Notes under the pieces: model-generated
The model's database searches: none
The model's input: the letters and a program-made list of their open reading frames with translations, nothing else
What the model was told of the DNA's origin: nothing
NCBI GenBank assembly: GCA_965287045.1
Contig: OZ336870.1
Span: 151,342,001 to 151,406,000 of the forward strand
Length of the DNA stretch: 64,000 bases
Direction: 5' to 3'
Origin: Carcharhinus amblyrhynchos
Lineage: Eukaryota
Made by a program: the position numbers and the translations under genes
Shown here: positions 1-10,831 of the stretch, one piece after another
Layout of the letters: each line of letters opens with the position of its first letter
How positions within the stretch are numbered: the stretch's first letter is position 1

Positions 1-1623
1 TGCAATATCTATATATTCTTGACATTTTGAATGGCCATGAGGTAAATGTGACTTAACATACTGTCAGTTGCACTGCATATTGTCTTGGTAACTACCATTT
101 AAATTCTACAGATTTCCAAGCAACCCACCCAGACATCAATGACCACTTCAGAATCACAAAATCTTGATAAAACTCTGCCTCCCTCATGACAAATTTCAAC
201 TGCTCATTTTCAAAGACCTAGCCTCTGAATTCCCTCAAGCTACTCCAACACGGACTGCTTCAATGACTTTTCATTTCCTGATGCAGCGATGTCTCCTGGG
301 CCTGTGCTCCACGTGATTCACAAAGTTACACTCTGACCTCTAATTGCTGGTGCAACTCCAACTCTCCCACATACTTAGCTTCACTAAGCTGACACTGCCC
401 TCTCTGAGCTCCAGCTTCCTGACTGCACCAATCTATAAATGGCTCCTAGAGCTTCTCTGAGCCACAATTGCCTGGCATAGTACCAGTGACTTTCCATCAG
501 CTTGTCATGGCTTCAGTGAGCCCTAACTGCCTGGAGCCTGCTAACAGTCCTTAGGGCTTCTCTGCGAACTGCAAACCACACAAGGTCTAAACTGTAAGTA
601 ATCTCCTTTCCTAGCAAACATGGAGAAACCAGAGCGGCTTCTTTGACGCCACATAGCATTTCAGGGTTCACTGAATGCTTTTAAACTATTTTAACTCTTA
701 ACTCCCAAGACAATACATGGCTCTGGATTGCAGCCAGTTAAGATAACATGTCTCCAGCTTTCTAACTAAGTAAACTTTTTTTTTAGGATCTTTCTTTTCT
801 AGTTGTTAACCCTTTAAGTTAACATGGATCCAACCTTTTAAGTGTCATAGATTGCTGCTTTAGTTGCATGTATCCCATTTCTATAGTTAAATTTTAACCT
901 TCCAGAACTAAACATTACCTCTAAAGTATTAACATAAATCACGAACTAGATCTTTGTAATACTAGAAACTCACTGGTTTTAACTTAAATGGCATTGTGTT
1001 TGATTTTACTTTCCATGAAGTCAGAAGATGGAGTGTAGAACAGGCAACCAATCAAATCCTATCAGCTTGCTACTGAGTGAGTTAAGTTAAAATTACTCCA
1101 ATATCACAGCTATATTTATAGCTTTCATTTTCAGTGAGGTGTGCAGTATTTTTATAGTGTGTCAATCAGGCAATTCATTACTTCAACAAATTTGCTGCGT
1201 GACTGAAATGGGTGAAATACTTACATGTTTACACTGTAGTGGAACTGCAGTAACATCAAAAACAGCAGCTCCCAAATTACCTGCAAGCATTGCCACGGGA
1301 CACTGAAAATACACAATAAAGGTTCTTGCCATTAATTTCTGCAGAGTTTCTTCTAATCATCTGCTTTAACTTTGCCAAAGGATTCCAGGGAACCCCAGAG
1401 AAATAACAGAAATGGCACCTGGTGGGCTACATTTCAATATTCACAAACTCCTATCCTCCAGAAATTCTTGGTATTTCAAATCCCTTGAGTGTACTGTAGA
1501 AGAAAATTGATAGTGAAAAGCTCTGAAACTGCAAAGTAAAACGGACTCTTGCATCTAGCTTGTAGGGAGTACTTTACCTAAGAATTATTTTTGGTTGTAA
1601 TGGCCTTTTAATAAACATATTTA

Positions 1624-1953
1624 CAGGTACAGTACCTCAACTCCACTGTCCAAAAACTGGAGTTAACTGAAAGCTGGACTCTTCTATAATCTTCCGTAAA
1701 TCAACTTTAATTGAGTAAATTTAAAAACAAAGTTTATCTGGACAATTTGGCTAGGCCCTGCATTGGTGTGGTTTGGCGCCTGACTAATTATCTGCTTGGC
1801 GCTCTATGCCATGTCCCAAGTGACCCTTGACCCTAGCTAGCCTGGCTTGACTCAAACTGCATACAGCTTGAAGTATCTGACCTGAAATCCAGCAATATCG
1901 GAAATTTGGCGCAACCTCAATATCAAGGTTGCTGGGTTGAGGTAATGTACCTG
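1624..1953. mobile_element. Tc1/mariner (Tigger-like) MITE, 330 bp
   Basis: The 18-bp terminal inverted repeats CAGGTACAGTACCTCAAC (1624-1641) and GTTGAGGTAATGTACCTG (1936-1953) differ by one mismatch. TA flanks both ends (1622-1623, 1954-1955), the diagnostic Tc1/mariner target duplication. Confidence 0.75.
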
Positions 1954-4682
1954 TACCAGTATTTGTGGCACTAATCTTAAATGTGGTTGTGACTAAATTC
2001 AGATGTGTGCAAAAGGGAATCCATACACCTGCAAATGTACAAATATCAGGGAAAAGATGCATAGGAATAGTACAAAAATACAGAGTTCATTTTGATAGAG
2101 AGCAACTGACACGTAGCAGCAACACAAAGCTGCCATTGGCTGCTATTCTTTTATACAAAGAGTAGGAGAGACAACGAGATAATCAGGAAGCGTGGGATTA
2201 AAATGCTGGAAACCCTCCAAGGTTTGGTAACATCTGGGTAAACAATGGTTAGTTTTTTGCGTCGATGATTTTTGATATGTGGCATTCACAATTGATCAGT
2301 ATTGATTTGAAACACTTGAGAAGGAAGAGGTCTCAAGTTTCATGCGCAAATGATGAATAATTGGGGCTCAAAATGTGGCCACAAGTTTGATTGCATCTGT
2401 TGTGTAACTGTCAGGTGAAAGTTGAGTAGAACCTGGTTCCCTGTGATGAGGAAACCAAGGAATTCTGATTGGGATGGGGAGATAATGTAGATATTCTGTC
2501 TGCTTCCCCATCTCATGTTGTTGTCTCTGGAGGAGCTCCTGGGCCACCTTAGAAACTTCTACTCAGTATTCTACTGTTAGGCCAATGGAGCATATCTGTA
2601 GGAGGCTGTGGGGGACAAATCTTGTGCCTTATTGGCTTCCTGCACCATTCAATTTAGACAGAGAGCCATTTCAACATTTGGGGCATGGCCTCTCACAGAT
2701 GCAAATCACCTCATCATGTTCATGATCCCCACCTCTGCAAATTGGGATGGTTCAGTTTACCTGGAAGTCAATGGGCTTAGGAGTCACTCCACCATACTTG
2801 TAGAGCTGGGCCTTCAGAATTGTGACCACTTAGAGTAAGCAAGGATGCTATCACTCCTGGTTTCAGCACAGTGAGAATGCAGCGTAATTTTGGTCATGCT
2901 GGATAACTTGTAAAAAGATTGAAAAGCAATAATTATGCAAAGTGTTTTCCAATTTGTCAGCTGCTTCTGTTTATATGGTCAAATTTTCTTCCTAGCAGCC
3001 ATTAGTCATTAGGATGTTATCCGGCTTGGCATGTACACCAGTCACAGGGAATTCCAGAAGTGGTCAATAATTTAAAACTTTGGCATCTGCTGTGAGTACT
3101 GAAGTTGAGAGAAGATAATGTACCCAGAAAGTCAGCTGTTACTCATGTTTACATTTTACCTGCTACCAATGACATAGACTGGAAGACACGCAGATGCGAT
3201 CATCAGAGTAGGTACAGACTGTTACAAAGCTCGTGGTGAAATAGACAACTGCTACTTAATTTCACATGAAAAATGATGAGTTTGGTTAAAGAAGAGGATG
3301 ACAGGCGACATGTATATCTGTACTCCCAACAATAGGCAGCACTTAAAGCTGTAGGTGAAACAAAATATGTTTTGAAATTAAATGTCCCCGATGCCTTTTT
3401 TTCATAAGAAAAGGTGTTGACGGACCCTAAATTCCTTGGTGACACTGTGGTTGAGTTGGAAAATTTATGCTGTTCACCAGCAGAGGGAGTTACACACAAG
3501 TTTCTTTGGGTAAGTTAATTTAAATATTTTGGTTGCAGCTTTGGTGTAATAAATGCAGTAACGTGTGAGTTTCTGATTTCATGCCACCCTACACCTCTTG
3601 CTATCAACCAGGAAACTGCTGAGCAACAGCATAATCTTTAACAGCGTGCTTTTTGCTTGTTTTGGTGCCATCTATGTCCACTAGACACCACACCAGCAGG
3701 CACAGCTCTTATACATTGCACAAGACAGGAAATGCACAGCCTTAGACCTCTTCTTCCTTAAGGTGGGCATCATCATCAATTGTGCTGACTGCAGAGAGCT
3801 ATTACTGGCACTGCTTCTCAGCTCTCTCTCTCACTCAGCACTGATTGACAATGCAGAAAAAAATGAAAGCAGGAGCAGTAAAGTTATCCTGTCACCAAAC
3901 AGTCCCTTTTCTCAAACCATTACATTCTGTATTTCTGAATGACTCCTTATACACATGTTCATCAGCTTTTATTAAAATAGTGTTAAAATTCACCCTCCAT
4001 TCTATGTCTCTTCCCCCTCCTCCCAAGTCTTTACCCTTATGTTATTAAATACACATCCTCCTGCACCTCCATGCAAAGTCTCTATTTTTAAAAGGGATAC
4101 TATCTTTGGTGGTGTGCAGAGTTTGTTTTGGGGTTGCTTCGGATCTGTTGACTCAACTTATTTCGTCGGAGTGGTCACTTCTTGTTTCCTTTACTAATGA
4201 TTCTGCAGGTGTGACGTCCTGCTGAAGATTCGAGTAGGCAGTCCACCTCATTAATGGTTTCCCATTCATTGAAATCAAGGCATTCCTGTTTCTTCAGATG
4301 ATACTTGGTTCTGTCTGAACCAGGTACCATCTTGGTTGTTGTAACTTCTCCATTGAGGTCCCATCTTACTGCTGGTCACTAATCCCACACTATCTCACTC
4401 TTTCAAGAAATGGAAAGTTATTAGCCTTGTATTATTGGTTGAAAGTGCAGGCTTGACCTGCTCTGTAACTTTATTCCTATTGTCATGACCATAGTTTACT
4501 CCCATGATGTTTGGTAAACATGCAGAATAGAAAAGGCAGTTGTGTTCTTCGCCTCAGTTTACATGGAATGAAACCAGTCTGCAACAGTACAGAGTGATAA
4601 CTGAGCAGTGCTAGCTCAGCGTCTTCATTTTTTTCTGAGGAGATCTTTAATGATCTGTACCACTCTCTCAGCTTCTCCGTTT

Positions 4683-4815
4683 GCAGCACTGTGGGTGGAC
4701 TGACACCACAGGGACAGGAGTAATTTAAGAAGGTGGCTTACCACCTTCTGATGGGCAAATAAGGATGGCCTACGAATACTAGCCTTGCCACTGATGTCCA
4801 TATCCTATACATAGG
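4683..4815 (+). mobile_element. Degenerate 3' end of a shark CR1-type LINE
   Basis: cagcactgtgggtggactgacaccaca...aagaaggtggcttaccacc...gccactgatgtccatatcc resembles the tails at 25775-26070, 37355-37597 and 11780-12055. Confidence 0.55.
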
Positions 4816-5088
4816 AAACATCTGCTCTCTGATGCCTCTGGCAGTGATGAGTGAGAATGTATGTGGTTTTCATGAAAAATATGCTGATAGCCCATCCTAT
4901 TGGCATATATCAATGGTTGATTGGTGGTTCCCTCATTGCTATGTGCATGCTTCTGTGAGAGCTTACAGCCTGTGGAATTTACCTATCATGTAGAGGTCTG
5001 AGGCTCTGTACCTCTGGTGCCTGGGGAGGAGCTACGATAGAAGTTCTTCAACTTCCCAGTGAAAGTGGGCATCTGTCACCTTTAGGAT

Positions 5089-5307
5089 AGTAAAAAGTCT
5101 GACAACACCAGGTTTTAGTCCAACCTATTTATTTGATAATATTCTCACAAGCTTTCGAGGGGACAGCCTCTTCGTCAGGTGACGAAGAGGCTGTCCCCTC
5201 GAAAGCTTGTGAGAATATTATCAAATAAATAGGTTGGACTAAAACCTGGTGTTGTCAGACTTTTTACTGTGTTTACGCCAGTCCAACGCCGGCATACCCA
5301 CATCATG
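5089..5307 (+). mobile_element. Young Penelope-like pLTR-derived insertion: perfect 89-bp inverted repeat plus 3' tail, with hammerhead core
   Basis: Arms 5089-5177 and 5180-5268 are exact reverse complements around a GG spacer. An unpaired tail spans 5269-5307. A direct repeat ACCTTTAGGATA at 5078-5089 and 5308-5319 forms the TSD. The element contains CTGACGA-A-stem-GAAAGCTT and AATAAA. Confidence 0.85.
5145..5182 (-). ncRNA. Minimal type I hammerhead ribozyme motif (Penelope-type)
   Basis: The minus strand reads UCAC-CUGACGA-A-GAGG-cugucc-CCUC-GAAA-GC-U-U-GUGA. This gives the conserved CUGANGA and GAAA core, helix II GAGG/CCUC, a palindromic AGCU helix III and helix I UCAC/GUGA. Activity is not demonstrated. 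Confidence 0.7.
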
Positions 5308-5388
5308 ACCTTTAGGATACCCAGTCTAGTTAAGTTGCACCAATCCCCTGTGTCAGCTTGGACAGAAACAACTCAGTCAAACATGAGA

Positions 5389-5477
5389 TAAAAACAGAAG
5401 ATGCTGGAAAAATTCAGGAGGTCTGGCAGCATCTGAAAAACTGAGTTAACATTTTGAGTCCAATATGAGTCTTCAGT
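5389..5477 (-). mobile_element. Fragment of a second Penelope-like pLTR family
   Basis: aaaaacagaagatgctggaaaaattcaggaggtctggcagcatctg...gagttaacattttgagtcc matches the arms at 7815-8054 and 63130-63293. Confidence 0.6.
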
Positions 5478-6423
5478 CAAACATGAGGGCTGTTGGCTAC
5501 TTTAATGGCAACAGAGGAGATGTTAGAGGAGCAAGTGTGCGAATTGTTGTGATGAAGTTGAAGATGTCCAACATCATCCTTCAAGTGATATAGCCACCAG
5601 ATACTTCTTGGAGAAGTCTTCTTCGGATCTGTATGACTTGTACACGAGTGACATCTGGAGAGTTGCTATCCAAAGTCATGTTGCCTGATTTTCAGCACGG
5701 TTGCATGTCCAAGCAGAGAAGAACAGGTGCATATCAAGTTTTGTGAATTGATTTGAAGTTATCTTCAATGGCACTATGGCTATATGATTAAAGATTGATA
5801 ATTCCTTTTTTGACATGAGGTTGGTGAGCATTCCAGACTTTGTGGCTGATTTTGTTGGTGCTTTTCACTTTCACCTGCGCTCGACAGATGACTGGCGTAT
5901 TGTTCTGACACTCTGGCAAGTTCATTCACTTCTTTTCAGACATTCAAAGAGACAGATGCTCAGGATGTAGCATATATTTCCCTCTCTCATCCCCCTTCCC
6001 CTCTGTCTCGGGTGTGTAGATATGATGTATTTGTCATCAGTCAATCTGAAGATTTACTGTTAGAGCTTGTGTTCGCCCAGATGGGTTGTAATACTTTCAA
6101 AAAAAAATTCTTCTTACAGCTTAAACATCACCTTCAAAGAATGTCAGGTTCCTAGGGTCAGCTTACAACTCCTAGGTTCTCACATGCTGATGGATTCTCC
6201 ATGTTTTTGAAAAGGATGATCAACTAAACTGATTTTCAGGGGAACCTGGTTATCAATTTAAACCTCAATACATAGTGGCTTAAGTGATTTTACACACTAC
6301 ACTGTCCTTAAGTCTGGGATTCAAATTTAAATGTAACTTTATTTATTGGTGAGACAATGTAATGGTTGGAGTGAGGAGTTCACAACAAGAACCTTAATTG
6401 TGGTCAGTGGAAAGATGCCATCA

Positions 6424-6494
6424 GACCAACTGAGTTTCTCCAGCATTTTCTGTTCCTGTTTTGGAATCCAGCATCCACGGTATTTTGCTTTTAC
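6424..6494 (+). mobile_element. 3' fragment and tail of the second Penelope-like family
   Basis: ctgagtttctccagcattttctgttcctgttttggaatccagcatccacggtattttgctttta is the reverse complement of the motif at 63130-63185. Confidence 0.55.
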
Positions 6495-6511
6495 ATTGAC
6501 AAGAACTCCTG

Positions 6512-6609
6512 CTCACCTGACGAAGGGGCAGCGCTCTGAAAGCTAATGGCTTTTGCTACGAAATAAACCTGTTGGACTTTAACCTGGCGTTGTGACACTT
6601 CTTACTGTA
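6512..6609 (+). mobile_element. Solo Penelope-like pLTR fragment with hammerhead core (relative of the 5089 and 11801 family)
   Basis: ctcacCTGACGAaggggcagcgctctGAAAgcta...aaataaacctgttggactttaacctggcgttgtgacacttcttactgt is homologous to one arm of the palindromes but is not itself inverted. Confidence 0.75.
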
Positions 6610-6740
6610 TTCAAATTTGAAACCCTATTGACAGGTTGAAAGTTGCTTTTCTCTTTGTGGATATATATTTGAAGTGTGCCTGAACAATGTCAATTTATTT
6701 TCTTGTGATATTGGTTCACAGTACAAAGTTGCTCCTAATT

Positions 6741-7058
6741 TAGAATCATAGAATTCTTACAGTACAGAGAAGGAGGCCATTTCACCCATCGAGCCTGCAC
6801 CCACCAAGGCCCTATCCCTGTAACCCCACACATTTACCCTGCTAATCCCCTGACACTAACAGACAATTTAACACGGCCAATCCACCTAATCCGTGCATCT
6901 TTGGACTGTGGGAGGAAATTGGGGCACCTGGAGGAAACCCATACAGACACGGGAGAACATGCAAATTCCACACAGACAGTGACCCAAGCCATGAATTGAA
7001 CCCGGGTCTCTGGCGCTGTGAGCCAGCAGTGCTAACTATTGTGCCACTGTGCAGCCCC
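6741..7058 (-). mobile_element. HE1-type tRNA-derived shark SINE
   Basis: The minus strand starts gggctgcacagtggcacaatagttagcactgctgg...gggttcaattc (A and B boxes). It has the central gggtttcctccaggtgccc...cctcccacagtccaaagatg domain and a ttctatgattcta tail. Confidence 0.9.
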
Positions 7059-7814
7059 ATTGGCTAGAACTGACTCGACTTCTGGCTCAAATTTTGGTTA
7101 CACTGCCTCATTCCTTTAGGAACATTTGATGACTTCAAGGAAGTTGGAAAAGTTTTAGTAGTTTGGTACTGCACCATAATGAGAGTAAAAATTCACCAAA
7201 ACAGCAATATTGCATGAAAAACAACCACAAAAATACTCTGATGGATATACTTTTGCAGATTATATTTATTTTTGTAGGTTAGTCTGACATTATGGTTTCA
7301 ATGTTATCCTTGGAATACAAAATAGTTCTTGAAACTTGACTAATGTGCTATAAAATTACAATTCAAAAATAATAAAATAATGAGTTATGAAGTACTAAGA
7401 ACGAGATAAAGCTGCACAATCTTGAAAATCTTTTTAAGTTGTGTTTTATGACATTTCCGAAAACTAGCATACACATCCTTGCACATAGATGGATGTGCAG
7501 AGTAATTAAGTGAGATCAATGTTCTATTCTTGCTTGTTGCCAGTTGCAAAAATGAGGCTATTATTTGCACTGTAATTTGAATAAGGAACAAAAATGAATG
7601 TGCGGTGGGGCAAAGTGATTTAAAGATTGACTGTAATCATACAAGTGATGATGACTAAAGCCCCCATATTTTTTTCAAACTTATTGAGGACTCGTGCATT
7701 TTGGGGGATGTATTTTTTAATAAGATTTATACATCATGTTATATCCAGATATACGTAAAGAATTCAATCAAAGCCAAATCAACTGCCTTTCAGGCCAATA
7801 GTTTCCCACATTTT

Positions 7815-8054
7815 AAACAAAAACAGCAAATGTTGGAAAATCTTAGCAGATCTGACAGCATCTGTGGAGAGAGAATAGAGCCAACATTTCAAATCTGGAT
7901 GACCCTTGATCAGAGCCTGTGTGTCAGAGCCTTGGCTTTGATGAAGAATCATCCAGATTCAATGTTGACTCCATTTTCTCTCCACAGATGCTGTCAAACC
8001 TGCTGAGATTTTCCAGAATTTTCAGTTCCCATCATCCACAGTTTTTTGCTTTTA
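7815..8054 (+). mobile_element. Older palindromic Penelope-like insertion (second family)
   Basis: Imperfect inverted arms span about 7828-7915 and 7935-8022, followed by a tail to 8054. The flanking direct repeat is TCCCACATTTTAAA (7804-7817) / TCCCATATTTTAAA (8055-8068). A decayed (C)TGATGAAG core is present. Confidence 0.75.
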
Positions 8055-10681
8055 TCCCATATTTTAAAGTTACTTGACTTGCTTTTTTAAGAGTATTGGT
8101 GTTAATCAAAGATGAAAATACCAACTGTTATTTGTAGAGTAATGCAAATCAAGGAATGCATTTTAATTCAGAGCATGTTTCTAACAGGAAACTGCTATGG
8201 TAACCTTATTCTCTGCATGGCAGAAGCAACAATTTTAACTGGCAAACCTTATTGAAATACCAAATGCCCATTTCCCATCCTAAATGCATGTAAAGAGGGT
8301 GCAGACTAGATGCCAGCAGGTGAAGAATGGATGCCCCTTGGCTACCTGCCAGTAAGCCGTATTGAGGGACGTTTGGAAAGGTCTAAAGAGAAGACGGGGG
8401 CATGAATCCGTGAGAGAACCTTCTATGTTTACCTGAAGGGTCTCCCTGTCTATAGTTCTATCAGGTGGAGGCTATAGGCACCAGTTAAAATGCCATTGAG
8501 GTCCAATGAGTGTCACAAGTACCAAATTAGTATTTATGTGTGAAGTTCCTGCCTGATTTCCGTCTGCAAACTCTTCTGTCACTAAAACCAGCTGGTTAAA
8601 ATTAGCAGGTACGGTGCAGCAAATGGGAATGGTCAATTTACCTCCTTGCCCACTCCGTTTGTGCTGAATGGGGAGAGTAATGCCTCCTTCCCATTGATCA
8701 TTTTCAGCTTGTTCTGAGTAACGAAGGCAGGAGTTTCTATTAATGATACTCCCAGTTTTTTGAGCATTTGAGAACAATGTGATCTTTTCAAGCAAAAAAA
8801 AACAAAGTGGAGTAAATTTGACACTGAAGGGTTGGTTTGTGTTTCAGGTTGACAGAGCTGTACGCAGCAAATAATGAAGGCTGCTATGGGCAGACTGAAA
8901 GGATGCAGATGGCCAAAGCTGATAAAAAGTAATCAAATTGCTATTGTTTTCTTAGATCAGACTCTACTGCCCCTCCAGTCTGTCTTGCCCACCTCAGGAA
9001 CTTAAAACGGAGACTCAGTGAATAATAAACCACAAGAGCTTTCTTTGATAGTTTAAATGGTTTTGTGGTCAGAAAGACTTGCCAACAAATCACATGGATG
9101 AAAATAAGCCTTGTCACAAGTCAAAATGGAAACAAAAGATTTTTTTTAGGAAAAATAAAGTCTATGTTTCTCATTTTTTATTTTCAAGTGAGGATTAGAC
9201 CAATATATTAAATGTAGTATTATTATAGAATTTAAGGAAGCATTGGGCCCTTGTTTGGGTAATGCAGATTGGTTTCTGTCAAGTGTCAAACCTACAGACT
9301 ATAACATCAAGGATATTGAGAAGAGTAGGACCAGATTCCTTTGGCATCAATATCTAGAATAGCTTTCTTCCAAGCAAGCTAGTCTTTGCATCTTCCAGCA
9401 AAGCGCCTTCTGTAAAGAAGAAGGTTTGCATTGTGCTGAAGAAGACGCGCACGTCACATCACTGGACAAAATGTCTCAAAACCAAATGATATGAATCTGA
9501 ATGCAGCTCAACATTTGCGCATGAGACTAATCCTAAAGAAAATAATGTGCTGAAAGCAGAATTCTTTATCCCCAGGGGCTGACTACAGTGATTCAATGGA
9601 GAGTACATGCCAGTCAGTAATTGAATAGCTTGGTTTTGGGGAATAAAAGCTGGGTATATCATCATTCTGTGGTAATTGGCCAGAAACTTGAAACTAAGAC
9701 ATGAAACAGTCTTACCCAATGCTTTACAGAAGCCCTTTCTGTAGCTGAAAAAACACCAAAGTTAGGCAAAGTCTGTTTATGCTGCAACCTTTTAATCTTT
9801 TCGGAGTAGAATCAAAGTGAAATAGGAATTTAGGTTTCTTGTGGCTTTGCCATAAGTTACCAAGTGTGCATGTTATGCACAGTATCAATTTGGGATAAAA
9901 AATGATTTTTCTAGATTTTACTAGTTTCATTCAGTATTACGAGGATTTTGGAGAAGGCCAGATTGTTTTTTTTTCAATTGCATGGACTTTTTTTTATTGC
10001 AAGATGGGGGCTTAAGGTTGATTGTTTAAGAACAATATTAATGGGAAAGAATTAAGAAACGTCGTTGCTAATATATGCCACTAAGCTCGAGTTTTAAAGT
10101 CGGTTTCCACGTAACATGATCTGTACTGAGGAAAAGGCCATTTGGCCCTTTGAGCTTGCTTGCAATTCACTATGATTCCACATTGATATGGATGAGATGG
10201 TGATCGTGCGCTGTGGGTAATCTTGGGGAAGGGTAAGACTATGATTCATTAATGCAGGAAGACCCTGTGTCTGAATAATGTGCTGTAGCATTCCTTCACT
10301 TTAACAGTTGCTCTCATGTAAGAAGAAACTGGCAAGATTGGTTATGTGAGGAGGATATAGAGTCCCTATGATTTTCATCACTGTCTCTGAGCTGTCTCCT
10401 TTTATTTCAACTGAACAAAGGTGGCAAATATGAATGAAAAAGGAAAGAATAATGAGTAAAAGTGCGGCTATTCACAAGCAAGAAAAAGAAACTTGAGTTG
10501 TTTGAAATTGCTTATTTTAAAAAAAAGTTGCACATCATTTTCCATTTATTTTCTAACTCAATGAAAATCCTTTTGGGATGACTATTGAAACAAAACTTGC
10601 TGCTGTTTCAACTGTTTATTTTTGTTCCACACCAATTCACAGTACATTAATCTTTCTGGTTGACTTTTACATTTGTTTTAG

Positions 10682-10831
10682 GTTTCTTCATCCTCCTTAG
10701 TTTCCTCCACTGTTGCCTCCTGCCGCCACACTTCCTTCTTCAGGGTGGGACTTTATGTGCCACGTACTTCATCATGGCCACCATCAATGCCAGTTCATGC
10801 TCCTGCTCGTTTTTCCTTCCCCTGCCCCAAG
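10682..10831 (+). CDS. Candidate internal exon (150 nt) of an unidentified host gene
   Basis: Preceded by a pyrimidine tract ending ...ttttacatttgttttAG and followed by AAG|GTAAAT. The length is divisible by 3 and two frames are open (phase 0: VSSSSLVSSTVASCRHTSFFRVGLYVPRTSSWPPSMPVHAPARFSFPCPK). It lies in non-repetitive sequence. The protein was not recognised. Confidence 0.4.

Noticed and set aside
1-990. Possible solo LTR at the window start
   Set aside because: The impression is compositional only; no second LTR, PBS or TSD is visible.
5089-5268. Palindrome read as a pre-miRNA, a terminator or an assembly fold-back artefact
   Set aside because: A TSD, a one-sided tail and a second independent copy with its own TSD and its own internal variants indicate a genuine retroelement insertion.
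4080-6050. Possible decayed LTR-retrotransposon gag relic on the minus strand (a similar hint at about 46330-46940 on the plus strand)
   Set aside because: Only vague motif resemblance; a reading frame and LTRs could not be reconstructed by eye.
8848-8928. 81-nt + strand exon candidate (tttcAG|GTTGACAGAG...AAAAA|GTAATC)
   Set aside because: The donor is weak, the peptide is unrecognised and there is no other support.
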